A DNA stretch of 64,000 nt. Origin: Amoebophrya sp. A120 (Eukaryota > Protista > Dinoflagellata). Within the stretch, counting starts at the first letter, position 1. The number at the start of each line of letters is the position of its first letter. A program made the position numbers and the translations under genes. The stretch is taken from NCBI GenBank assembly GCA_905178155.1, contig CAJINV010000001.1, forward strand, positions 10,720,311-10,784,310, read 5' to 3'. The notes below the pieces were generated by a model, which made no database searches, was not told the DNA's origin, and saw only the letters and a program-made list of their open reading frames with translations. Below are positions 52,859-64,000 of the stretch, piece after piece.

Positions 52859-55800
52859 TTGTTGACGCTGGATACCGTACCGCCGGGAACCGCCGCAACA
52901 TCCGGAGGATATCCAGCCCCGCCGTACCAAGATCCAACAGCGGAACAGATTACGAGACCTGTGCGGCCACCAGTGTATAGTAGTAGAACAAATAGTCGTA
53001 GAAGTAGTCGTAGTACTAGCGGTAGTAGAAGACTGAAGCAGTTCCTCTCGTCTGTAGACATTTTGGGAAAGCAGGGCTTCACGCGACGTCCTGGTCGTGA
53101 TGTGGCTGTGTATAATAGCATGCTGGGGACACCAGAAGATCACGACTTGCGCACATGTCAGTTGCGAGAGAGTCTAGTGCAACAGGCCAGCGGCGAGGAC
53201 CTGTCGTCGCGCATAGCGGCGCAGCAGCAGCTCGCCGCCCAGGCGGAGCTTGAGCAGGCGAGGGTCCTGGCGCCAGCGCCCCTGCTCAGTGGGGATGAGC
53301 TTTGTAGTCGCCTGCGAGCACTTCTAGACAGTCACACCGGTCGCGATCCGACGCCAGTCGGTGCAAGATTTAAGCCAAGCGGCAAAAGCAAACAGTCAGG
53401 TTGGAGGCCACAAAAAGTGTGGTCCCAACATAGTTCGGATGAGGTGGATGAAGCTGCTGCTGGTCATGTAGTGAACCAATGGAAGCAGGAGGGAGATTTG
53501 GAAGCGGCATCGCACGCAACCGCGGTGGAGATAGGACTCCCTGTAGGAGCTAGTACAACTACGCAGCAAGCGATTCCGAAACTAACCCAGCAAAAGATAC
53601 ACAGCACCTCCCGATCGGGCGAAGTGCTAGAAGCTCGTCAAAACAGTGACGCCATTTTAGAGCCGTCAAATCGATGCGGCAACCACATTCCTGCTTCCGC
53701 ATTTGACAGCAGTTATTGTACCAAACCTGCAGAAGTGAGCTGCGATAGTTCGTCTTTGTTAGCGCCACCACCGGGAGCTGCAGTAGTCCCGACCACTAGT
53801 ACTAGTGCAACAGCAAAAATAAAGCAAAATAAGTTGCCACTGCCGATTAATGCTGCGCGTAGCAGTAGGTGTCCCTTCAACTGCTCCGGCCCTTTAACAG
53901 CGGAGGTGCGGAAAACGCTGTCCTATGACGATTTCCTAAATCATCAAAGGCCCGCGGGCGATGCGTGGATGCCACCGGGACGAGGGGCACCGGTTCGGGA
54001 AGCCGATAATTCCTGGAGCACGCTCGGGCGAACGGGCAAGCGCGACCGGAAGGAACTATGCATTGCAAAAGCATCGTACTAGTATCTATAAATTGCATCA
54101 CAAAAAAATTTTATCAAAAGGAAAAATTCAATTTGTAATGCTGATTTAGCTATGAGTCCAGATTTGTCATGCATAGTTGCAATTACTACGAGTGCGATGC
54201 TTTTGCACTGCATAGGAACTGACGGGCACCAACTCGCAAACGTCAACCAGCGCGTCAAACTCCGGATGCGGTGCGACACCTGCAGCTAGTGTCATGGACC
54301 AGCAGGGAAATTGGAGTATTGAACTTTTATTTCCGCATCATAGCAGGAGCGAATGGTTTGAATAATAGTACCGACTTCCCCCGTCGGAATTTCCTTGTTC
54401 GCAGCGGTGGACATGTCTGTGTCAGAGGTTTGGTCTATCATCAAAAGTGTAAAGCGTCGTCAAAAATCAAGCAACTTTCCACAACAGACGCAACCAACGA
54501 GGAGATCTGCACCGCCCCCGCACCTTCGGGACACGCGTCTGACGACGACCCTGCGGCAAGTTACCTCGTGCACAACTCGCAGGATAATGACAGGTAGGAG
54601 ACGGTTTTATGATACACAAATAATGCCTTTAGCGTCATCTTCAAGTTGCTTTTTTTTTATGCTATCCCTATTGAGGATAGCAATGAAAAGTGAAAGGTTC
54701 TAAAATTCGGGAGACTTCGAAGTCTTTGATTTTTCAGGCTGTCTTCGGTCGCCGTGCCTATGGACCAGTCGGCGCTTTCCACACCTCCGGAAAACAATGG
54801 CACCGCGTTAGATCCCCCCATTCAGTACGGTGCGGACCGTATCCCAAATAAAAAGCTAGCAGGTGCCAGACATTTGTAATTCATAGAACGAGTACAGAGA
54901 GAAAAAAGGCTTGCCTCTAGCATGCTGCCCAGCATATGCATTTAATTCTGACAGATTCTTCTGTGTGTTTACTTTTTGCATTTACAAATATGACCTTGCT
55001 GCTAGCTTTTTTCTCCGGGATAGACCAAATCAAGGTAGTTCTACGGACCGATGATGTTTTGGAGGAGATACTGAATTTGCCCATGGGCGACCCGCGGTTA
55101 CTTCAGATTGTGGACAGTCGCGATCACTTGGAAGATGAACTCGAGGGCATCAAGTTTCTAGCGAGCTTGCGCGACTTGAAGGATAATCGAGGTGCATCTT
55201 CCTAATTGTTTTGAATAAAGAGAATTAATATTTGATACTCATTTTCTGTCTTTAGTTCTTCATATTTGTACGAGTTCTTCGAACGGCGTATTCATTGAAA
55301 CTACTGCGATCTTCGTGAAGTTGCCTTCCGTGACCTACTTAGGCACTTCAAGCCGCCCAGCCAACGAATCCGAGGACGAAGAAGAGGAAACTACCGAGAG
55401 CAAGCGCTTGCGTACCGCCCACGCCTGGTCAGGAAGGAAAAATGTAGACGAAGGTACTTTATCGACTCATTATGACCTCCAGAGTTTTATCATCTGGAGG
55501 ATGCTCATGCACGATGGATTTTATGAGAACGAAAAGACTTTGGACCTGCATTTGTTCAAAATGGAAAAAACAGACACATTGACGGACAGTCGGTATCGGT
55601 TTGCGCAGGCCATGGCGTCAAGCTTCGAGGAAACTTTAATGGATCTTGCTATGCAGGATCAAGAGGTCCAATCCAAGGAGCCTCCGGTGACAATTGGGAA
55701 GTGCGCAAAAACGAGCGGTATAGAAGTTACGTACTTTCTATAATAAATATGTTCCTCCTCGTACTATCGAAATCTTCTTACTGAAAACAGACTTCAGTAC

Positions 55801-56203
55801 ATGTGTCGTCGCGAGGTGGTCCTCTTCGGAATTATGCACCGCTTCAGCTACCTCCAGAATCATGTCAAGTATCGATATTGAAAAATAACGCACTTTCATA
55901 GCCGGCCACGGAGGCAGCTGCTCGCATCCCAACACGTTCTTCCCCTGGGCGTTTCCGGACCTCGCTGTCGAACGGGCCTCCGATGTTTACAAGTTTTACA
56001 CGAAGCTAAAAGACGTGGCTGCGCGCGAGGGCGCGGACCTCGGCCCGGAAGCGTTACTGGCACAGATCGTTTTTCTCAAAGCGTCGTACCTGCGCGCACC
56101 ACCCGCAATGTCACAGGAACAACTGGAACGGAGCGCTGCCACATCCACGGGAGCGTACACAGGAGCATCCCTTTCCGTGCAGGGCGGGACTGTGTATTCT
56201 TGA
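52859..56203 (+). CDS. Multi-exon hypothetical protein (5' end uncertain)
   Basis: The 407-aa ORF continues in frame through two TIR insertions and several short GT-AG introns into the 54936, 55315 and 56015 ORF fragments. No domain recognised. Confidence 0.55.
54057..54214. mobile_element. TIR intron/introner, family F (TATGCAKTGCAAAAGCATCG)
   Basis: 28-bp imperfect TIR. Exact TSD GGAAC at 54052-54056 and 54215-54219. Removal gives RKE-LTGTN. GA-AG compatible. Confidence 0.88.
54840..55022. mobile_element. TIR intron/introner, family G (TATCCC..AAAAAGCTAGCAG)
   Basis: TATCCCAAATAAAAAGCTAGCAG ... CTGCTAGCTTTTTTCTCCGGGATA. TSD GACCG/GACCA. Confidence 0.85.
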
Positions 56204-56322
56204 TAGGAGCAGTGTTTCTGATTTTGGAGTGTTCACACTACACTGAGTGATTTTTTGAAATGCGCCGGAGTAGAACAAGTGTTTACGTGGAGATGTTTTG
56301 TTTTTTTCATATACCACATATC

Positions 56323-57579
56323 ATGGAACACGACAGCGGCCCGGGCAGTTTGAGTTTTTCGGCAAATGCGCAGAGCCCGAACCAGTCCCACACGCCGCAG
56401 AGGCGGCACATCCGGCGGGCCCACCACCGAAGCGCCCCGGGTAGCGCCGGCACTTTATCTCGAAACGGCCACCTTCCCGGTCGCCGGGGCAGTTCGTTTC
56501 ACGAGGACGAGATTCCTGGCACGCGGCAACGGCGAGCAGACTCGTTTCACGAGGGCGACCCCAGTGCACATAATTGCAGGCGAGGTGCGAGCCAAACGCC
56601 GATCGACACCCATCCCCAGGCGCAAACTGTGATTGGCACCATGGCAACATCGAGCAGTGGCCCCAATCATGTAGTTGGTCCAGCAGCGGTGATGGGTTCG
56701 CAATGGGACCCTCAAGGCTACCCCCACGCGGCGCCGCCACCGCGTGTGGCTACCCGTCCCGGGAGCCGTCACGGCGCTGCAAGTCCTATGCTGTTCAGTG
56801 GCCACAATCCGTATCCACTCCCGGCCCGGCAGCACATCACGCACAATGGTGTAGTGGATACACATAATCTAGCCCCGCCCCAAGGTGGGGGGACCAGTTC
56901 CTGCGCGAGCTCGAGTACACTGCCCGGAGGTGGACACCAGGGGACTATAAACGCAATCACGGGCATGTGGGGGCAGTCTCCGTCGTCGGCGCATTCCCAA
57001 CTGCACACGCCGGGCGGAAGCCACCAGAACCACACGAGCGGGAGCGCAACACCGGCTGCCTCGGTGATAGGGCAAAGGTCCGCCGCGCCGCACGGCGTGG
57101 ACAGTCCGCATAGTGTAGGTCACCAGTCCGACCGAACCGTGCTTGAGCAGCTGATGTCGCAGCCGCGCCGGGTGCGGGCGAGAGGGAAGACACGCTACGA
57201 ATCCGCGTGGGAGGTGAAAGAGTCGTCCAGTTGGCAGGAGCTGGGGGACAGCATTGCAAAGATGATGATCGAAGGCAGACAAGAATCCAGTTTGCCGACC
57301 CCTGGCCCCGCGATCCCCCCCGCCGCGGCATCGTCCGGCAACGCGATGGTAAACTCGCAGGCAGCGAGCATGAGTGCCAGTTTTTGTCAGACAACTAGTA
57401 TGAACCAAACTTCCAGCTCGCAGCAGCAAGGTGGCACCAACAGCAGCCTCAGTGCCGAAGACACTAGCAGTTTGATGGACAAGGACGAAGTCGAAGACCA
57501 GACCGGGCCATTGCTGCCAAAGATCGCCTGTCTTATCGAGCGCGCAGGATTTATGATAGGTACATATCTTTGGAACTAA
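56323..57579 (+). CDS. Low-complexity S/H/P/G-rich hypothetical protein (3' exons uncertain)
   Basis: Open frame of about 420 aa from MEHDSGPG, with a possible donor near 57560. Confidence 0.5.
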   Translation: MEHDSGPGSLSFSANAQSPNQSHTPQRRHIRRAHHRSAPGSAGTLSRNGHLPGRRGSSFHEDEIPGTRQRRADSFHEGDPSAHNCRRGASQTPIDTHPQAQTVIGTMATSSSGPNHVVGPAAVMGSQWDPQGYPHAAPPPRVATRPGSRHGAASPMLFSGHNPYPLPARQHITHNGVVDTHNLAPPQGGGTSSCASSSTLPGGGHQGTINAITGMWGQSPSSAHSQLHTPGGSHQNHTSGSATPAASVIGQRSAAPHGVDSPHSVGHQSDRTVLEQLMSQPRRVRARGKTRYESAWEVKESSSWQELGDSIAKMMIEGRQESSLPTPGPAIPPAAASSGNAMVNSQAASMSASFCQTTSMNQTSSSQQQGGTNSSLSAEDTSSLMDKDEVEDQTGPLLPKIACLIERAGFMIGTYLWN

Positions 57580-60419
57580 TTTCTATTTTGTAGTTGTTTT
57601 ATGCAGGATCGTACAAGAACTCAAATTCGCTTCCATGACGAGCAAAATACCACCTTAATAAATACATCCGCAGACGAAGACTGGGGATTGGGCCTTCTGC
57701 TTCGCAAACTCGTGTCGAAGCGGTCGCTCCTCAGCGCGCTACGAGACGATGTCGATATGGATGGCGGGTCTTCTCTCTTGAGTCGAAAGCGCAGTTTCGG
57801 GACTTCCTGCAGAACCAGCAGTGACGACGAAATGGCTAGCGAGATCGGCATCGGCATGATTGGGTTGTATTGATGATAAAAGCGAGTTCAAGAATCATGT
57901 GCAGCTCCCGTTCGAAGTAGAGTTTTCTTTTCAGCTGGAAAAATGAGAAATGCAGCTGCACGCGCTCAAGCTGCGAGCGCGGGAAATCAGACAGATTTTA
58001 GACTTTAACAATTACTACAGCCTTGCCTTCGAGCAAAAAGTTTTGTATCCAGTTTTTACGTTTAGACAAAGAAATAGAAAACTACGCTTTTGGTGGTTAC
58101 TCAGTCGAGAATGTAGGTCATTAGTATACGTTTATCGAAGTAAAGGTAGGTCACTTGTTAGAAAAAATCCTCATCAACCTTACTCGTTTTTCGGAGCGCA
58201 GAAAGCGGACCTGGCGTACAGGTTTGTTGACATGGTTTTCCATACGCAAGCAACGTATGTGATCGGGAGTAGCACCAGCCTGCTAAGGCACAGGAATGCG
58301 CCGGCAGAGCCTTACGAAAAACTACGATATTCGAGGTTTTGATAGTACGCTGAATATTAGAAATTATGTTGGTTGGTGCTGAGAAAGCCACGCGCCATGA
58401 GAAGTGAAACCTGCAAAAGCAAATCTTATTGTTAGAGAATATTACAGAAAGATCGTTTAGTAGAAGGTAAAAATAATACGTCCAGAAACGATATGAAGGT
58501 GGTAGTGCAAACTACTTGGCACAACTAGGAGTTACACTTTTTTCCAGAGAATACAGCAGGAGAGAGAATTAGATACATCGCTCTACACTTTAATAGTTCC
58601 TTTTCAAAATGTGATTTGACAATACAGCTTTTTCCAGACCTGTCTTTTCGGAGCATTGGAACCAAAAATGCCTCGGATCGATTGTCGTAGGAAATATATT
58701 TCAGAACTTCAGTTTTTTTTCCTGAGTTACGCGACACACGGAAGGATTGTGTCGTCGCGCATCTGCTAATCAAAGCATCAGCTGCCTTTCGCATACTGAG
58801 GTTGCAAAAAGACAAAGAGTCCGGAGTGAAAGAACGACCAGTCTAGGTCATTTGTTTTTTATTTTGAAGAAACGGAAGGCGTGACTGCGATGCCAGCACG
58901 AGAATGGGTGTGGATACTTCGTTGCGGTGTGGATACTCCGAGGTGCATTTTTAATAGGCCGGGAGCTGCTCGTCTCGCACTCGCAGTGATCGTCGGCACT
59001 GATCAAAGTGTACCCCCGAAAGCACTGAAGACACCCGCGCAGCTATCTTCATCCGGTATTCTCTAGATGCTAGCTGGGATAGAAGCAAGAAGTATGCACG
59101 CTCCCGCACTGGGGACAACGCAACATGACTTTTTCAAAGGGCCACTACCGGAACTAGCAGTTTTTGAAAATGCCATGCATCAATCAATTTATTTTTGTCG
59201 CATCATCTTCACGCACTTCCACTTTGTAATACACACGCACGAAACGAAGAACCAGGAGTGTTTTATGGCCGCCTTTGAAAGAAAGGTATCGGCGCTTTTC
59301 GACAATGCCAGGACACAATAGGTACGCGCCACACCGATTTGAAAGTTGCTCGCGAATATTGAAAGCTACTAGCTAGAGCAGAAAACCTGGAAATGCGTTG
59401 CTCTACGTACTGTACATTATTTATTGTCCGGCACACCTGCTGCTGTTTCCGGTGCTGCAACCGTGCAGCACCGAACATAAGAAGGTGCAAGCCATGCTAC
59501 GAAGATGCTGGCATCACAACAGCAACGCCTCGTGGGCGAGCACAGAAGCAGCGAGAGCACGCAGCGAAAATCAAGTGGCTGTCGAATAAGATATACTCAT
59601 GTACTAAACTTGATATTTTTGACATTTGGTAGTGGTTTTCTTTGAGATCTACTGAGATCGTCTCACCTACTGATTTGCAGAAAGGTATGACATTCGGAGC
59701 TTAGCGTCGCAAGAGCTTCTTGGCATAGAGAAAACGCACTAGTCATCATCATCGCGCATTTACACCATAAGAATATAGAAGGGACCGAGACAAAATATGC
59801 AACATGTAAAGAAAAGCAAATTTTCGTGGCCCCCTTTCTACGGAAAAAAATGATTCATGCAAGCCAACTTATTCAGGAGGGCTTTGGTTTTTCTGATGCG
59901 GAGGGACAGGATTGCGATTGGGTTCCTAAAGATGCGAGGCCTGTTCGGTCTTTTTTCTATAGGGCCGCAGCAGTTGCAAATATTCTCAAACGCGGACTCT
60001 ATTGTTTTTTTTTATTCGTCATAGAAGTGTTGCGTTTTTTTCTTTGCCGGAGAGCAGTGTTGGCATGTCGAAGAGAATTTGCAACTCGCTAGCAAGAAAG
60101 AGTCACAATTGTGCACCTGGAAAGACGTGGGCGAGCGGATAATATCAGTCTTGTGAAGATGAATACAAGTTACCTACGTACAAAAAGAAATCTTCTTTCA
60201 CATAACAAGTCGCATGTACATATGCTGCAGCATTCTTGTTCCCGCAAAGCCAGGTTTTACGCTGTCCCCTTGAGCGCGTGAAACAGGGAAACTGAAGAAT
60301 TTTCAAGGAGAACGAAATAGTCAGGCCGTGCAGTTGTAATAAAGTTCGAGAGTACAACAGAACTAGGAAATTGTTCGGGATTCATTTGAAGCAAATAGAG
60401 AACGTCGTAGCGCGAAAGA

Positions 60420-60857
60420 ATGGCGACGGCAGCGGATCACATGCTGTTCATCCAGGAAAAGGTGAACCCGGTGTTGGAACAGCTCGTCACGCAGATGCTG
60501 CTCGACCGACCAGAAGACCCGTCAGCCTTCATGCTGGCGTGGTTGAAGGAAAAGCACAAAGAGTCGGGCTTTCCGCCGGTTTCCACCAGTGGCGAGTCAC
60601 TCGAGGAGCTGCGACAAACTTTGGCAGAGTACTTTTTTTTTTTGGCCTCAGTACTTCGTAATCGTATTGATTGGTAGTGTAGTCGGATATTGATTTAGCA
60701 CATGAGAAAATTTTTAGTTCGGCAGAGTCGTGAACATGGGAATCAGTGTGCTTGTACCTATGCTGACCTATCAGTGCGAAAAATGAAGTGAGGACACTGA
60801 AATCTTCCCAACAGCCTCCAATCGAAGAAAGCCGACCTGGAATCGAAACTGCAATAA
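60420..60857 (+). CDS. Small RIIa/DPY30-type dimerisation-docking domain protein with a short coiled coil, 2 exons
   Basis: FIQEKVNPVLEQLVTQMLLDRPEDPSAFMLAWL. GA|GT...AG|C splice gives LRQTLADLQSKKADLESKLQ*. Confidence 0.78.
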
Positions 60858-61571
60858 AGGAGATTTACGACACTGCGAAAGTATCGTCGGCGAGAGCAGA
60901 CGGATGAAGATCTGACGATCAAATCTATCCCCCCTTTCACCCTCTCCGCGGCATCGCACGGTGTCAGCAGCTCCTGATTTTTTTACGCAGCAGACCAGAC
61001 CCTAGCCATGGCGGGCGCGCACGTGAGAAAAAGAAGAAAAAATTGCTTTGTTGATTGCGAATCTCTGACAAGGTTCGGGCATCGATGTGGACAGAATTGG
61101 TGACACACATGATTAAGCGCGCACAGATCTTTGTTCGACGTCGTTGTCAGCATATACCTACCAATGTCCTCCGGCTCATGATGAAGTAGCTCACGACAGA
61201 AGACAACGTACCAAACGTACTCCGGCTTGTCGATTTTTACTGAGCTAAAAAAGTATCATAGAACTCGAAGTCTCTTTTGTTGTCCGCAGAAAACTGCCTG
61301 GTTGTTCTATCGCTGTACGTAGTAAACCAAGATCTCCTGATCCAGGTCGAGATTGCGCAGCATTTTCGTGTGCTTGTCGTGTGGCGTTCGAGATCTTTGA
61401 TGCTGGTTTTCGGTTTGTGCTGAACTCGTTCATGTTTTTGGCGAGAAAGTTTTACGCGGCTTTAGCTCATGAAATTTTTTGATTAGCGCATCGTTTTTTC
61501 ATGCGACTGTTTTAATAACAGGCAGGTTATTACGTCCGTAGCTAGTTGCCAAGAAGAAAGCGAGCAGCAAG

Positions 61572-64000
61572 ATGGCAACTGTTACGCGAGGCTGCAGCTC
61601 GTCTTCAGGCTGCACTTTGCGCGTGCAGATGTGCAGCGGAAAGATTCGGGATGCGCCGCATCGCGGTGTGCTATCATTGCGACACTTCAGCAGCTTCCCA
61701 CAGAATTCCCGCCCGCATCCACCATCTAAGAAGCTGCCCAGGCGAAAACCTGAAAGCCTCTGTGAAGACGCTGCAAGGCAAAGTGATTCCGTAAGCAGGG
61801 AGGAATCTTCGACATCATGCAAATTCGACAAGCTGGCGATTCTGAAGGACCCTCGGGCGACGGCGGAGGACATCTTGAATGCTGCGTGGCATTTGATAAA
61901 AAGTCCAAAACTGCTGCAGGAGAAATCGGAAAACGGCTGGATCTATACGATTGCGTTCGAAGCGTTTTCGCGGAACAAGATTCCGTGGCAAGAGGCAGCA
62001 AAACTTCTACCCGCGTTAGAGTCTGCCAGCCCGCACCGCGCCAGCCTGGTTCCGCTGAACGCTTTGCTCAAGCAACTCCCGCTGCCTGCCGCCGCAGTGC
62101 TGCTTGAGTGCCGGTTCGACGGTGAGATGGGGAAGGATCTGCGCGAGGAGCTGCTTCTTCCTAGCGCTACCGATTCTTCCACAGGCAGAAACTACACCTC
62201 ATCATCGTCGTTGCCCTCATCGCGTCCACCAGACGGCGTATTTATCTGCAAGGGAGAGGAGCTGAATCTGGAGAAATGCTTTGGAAGGAGAAGGGAAAAT
62301 GTAACAAAAGCTGTCAGCGGGGGCACAACATCAACATCAACCGAGGCAGTTGAAGGTAACACCACGAGCAGTCCTCCGGCCGCCTACGTCGATTACGACA
62401 CGACGCCAATCCAGCTTGTCGCGCCCGACGCTTTTACGCTGTCCACGGTGCTCCAGAAACTCGGCAACGCCGCCCGGGTGGCCATGCGACAGCGCGAAGA
62501 GCGTTGCGTGCAAGAGGGGCGGAGGACAAGAAGCTGTCACTACCATCAGAAAGCAGAGTCATTGTACCGCAAGTACGCGAAGCCCTGCAGCGCGGATATC
62601 CGGTGCGCCATGCAGGTGGTGCGGTGTTTCCCGTCCCGAGCGTGGCGCGAGTTGTCAAAATTTGTCGATCACTCGGTACCAAAAGAGACACAGGACACTC
62701 ATTTCCTCGGCTCGGCGCTGGACGTTGTCGCGCGGGCTTGCGATCAGAACCACCAACATCAAGAAGAAAGTCGAACGGTGATGCTAGCGCATTTCCTGAC
62801 GAAAAATTTGGATCACAACGACAGTGCGCAGCTAGAGCAAAGGCAAGACACAGCATCGTCTTCAGAGTCGTCTGCCGATTGTTCATCTTCCCATGCGCGC
62901 ATTCTGGGCGAAAAATCCAGTGACGATCCACTGCTAGCCGCACTGAAGATCTTCATCACCGCGAGGCGCCGGGGATTGGCAAACACGGTGGTACACAATG
63001 CCATGCTACTGGCGCTGCACAAATCCGGGCGGTGGATGGAGGGATTGGAACTGCTCGCCCACATGCTGCAAGTTGAGGAGAACGGCGGCAATGATTTTGC
63101 AACTACAGGTGCGGCGAATGATAGTACACCGAACCCAAAGCCTGTTGTTGACAAGATTTCCTTCGGAACAGTAATCTCCGCGCTCCCGCCCGGCGAGTGG
63201 CTCCTGGCTTTGAATCTTTTGCGGAAGATGCAGGACCTGAAAATGGAGATCAACACCCAGATTGCCTACGCCGTGCTGCACAATCTGGAGCGGTCGTATA
63301 ATCTCGAAAGCAACCAGAACGAAAATTCGGCAGAACTTCTGGAGCAGCAGCGCTGTCTGTCTTCCGGAACAAACTCGGGCGGTAGAATCCGCGTGTTCGC
63401 AATTACCCGTGCCGGAGACGGAGACCACCATGGCGGAGAGGGGCCGTCGAAGCAACATGTTCGACTGGCAACTGCGAAAAATGATTCTGTCGCAACAAAT
63501 AAGACTGTGAGTGTCCATGGACTTCCGCGGTGCCTGCTGCCTGAGACGATTCTGACCGCGAGCGTTGCTGCTACCGGACCCGATCGGCAGGAGGCGGGCG
63601 CGAGCTGGAAGTTTTTTTGGGCTCCCGAAGAAGGACCGCCCCAGAGTTGCCAATTATCCCCGGTGGATGGAGGCGCGATCCCGGCCAGTATGTCCGTGAT
63701 CAAGGCAAGTACCGTGCAGATTGCACGCAAAATGATCCTCGGACCCTTCCACCCACAGAAAACGAAAGTGCCCTGGACCGAGGGGCTCTTTCGAGCCGGT
63801 TTTGCGTTCCTTTTGGATGGCGCGACAAATTTGACGCACCCTGGCTGGCAGGCCGCCGTGCAGCTGTGGCAAACGAGGAGCGCCGACGTGTATCCGCAGG
63901 GGCGATTTGATTTGAAAAAGCTACAGGGGATAGGAACGGGACTGCAGCCTGTGGGTCATGAAGATACTTCAGCGAGCAATCCCCTGATCTTGGATTTTCA
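61572..64000 (+). CDS. Pentatricopeptide-repeat (PPR)-like protein, runs off the right edge
   Basis: Uninterrupted frame from MATVTRG with PPR-like motifs NTVVHNAMLLALHKSGRWMEGLELLAHM, DKISFGTVISAL..EWLLALNLLRKM and PDAFTLSTVL. Ends ...PLILDF at the window edge. Confidence 0.72.
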   Translation, partial: MATVTRGCSSSSGCTLRVQMCSGKIRDAPHRGVLSLRHFSSFPQNSRPHPPSKKLPRRKPESLCEDAARQSDSVSREESSTSCKFDKLAILKDPRATAEDILNAAWHLIKSPKLLQEKSENGWIYTIAFEAFSRNKIPWQEAAKLLPALESASPHRASLVPLNALLKQLPLPAAAVLLECRFDGEMGKDLREELLLPSATDSSTGRNYTSSSSLPSSRPPDGVFICKGEELNLEKCFGRRRENVTKAVSGGTTSTSTEAVEGNTTSSPPAAYVDYDTTPIQLVAPDAFTLSTVLQKLGNAARVAMRQREERCVQEGRRTRSCHYHQKAESLYRKYAKPCSADIRCAMQVVRCFPSRAWRELSKFVDHSVPKETQDTHFLGSALDVVARACDQNHQHQEESRTVMLAHFLTKNLDHNDSAQLEQRQDTASSSESSADCSSSHARILGEKSSDDPLLAALKIFITARRRGLANTVVHNAMLLALHKSGRWMEGLELLAHMLQVEENGGNDFATTGAANDSTPNPKPVVDKISFGTVISALPPGEWLLALNLLRKMQDLKMEINTQIAYAVLHNLERSYNLESNQNENSAELLEQQRCLSSGTNSGGRIRVFAITRAGDGDHHGGEGPSKQHVRLATAKNDSVATNKTVSVHGLPRCLLPETILTASVAATGPDRQEAGASWKFFWAPEEGPPQSCQLSPVDGGAIPASMSVIKASTVQIARKMILGPFHPQKTKVPWTEGLFRAGFAFLLDGATNLTHPGWQAAVQLWQTRSADVYPQGRFDLKKLQGIGTGLQPVGHEDTSASNPLILDF

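Overview
Eukaryotic, intron-containing genomic DNA, most consistent with a parasitic syndinian dinoflagellate such as Amoebophrya. That assignment is inferred from gene content, unidirectional gene blocks and inverted-repeat introns; it is not a database result. About 17 protein-coding genes form two head-to-head blocks. Every gene I could call in 1-34.1 kb is on the minus strand: EMC2, a UMP-CMP kinase/OB-fold fusion, two large low-complexity proteins, VPS33, an alpha/beta hydrolase, a nucleotide-sugar transporter, a tandem double aquaporin and an unknown ORF. Every gene from 37.0 kb is on the plus strand: an ARM-repeat protein, a coiled-coil protein, a sphingomyelin/IPC-synthase-like gene, an RIIa D/D micro-protein, a PPR protein and hypotheticals. 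The main feature is a set of 11 short (158-316 bp) non-coding insertions that interrupt exons. They belong to at least 7 terminal-inverted-repeat (TIR) families but share one grammar: TAT-N7-AAAA(A) at both ends (one older copy has a 3-nt offset at one end), a 5-bp target-site duplication (TSD), and in most copies internal TGT[ACG]ATGC motifs. Precise removal restores the reading frame. Members of one family lie in both orientations relative to the host gene, and five cannot be removed precisely with GT/GC/GA-AG ends. The window also shows apparent stages of their conversion into canonical introns, a 1-kb GC-rich TIR element with a nested foldback, a SINE/LINE-like 3' stem-loop with a (GAT)n tail in two introns, and a GC/AT/GC tripartite region with a ~160-bp periodic core at the single strand switch. 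I found no transposase, rRNA, tRNA or CRISPR array.
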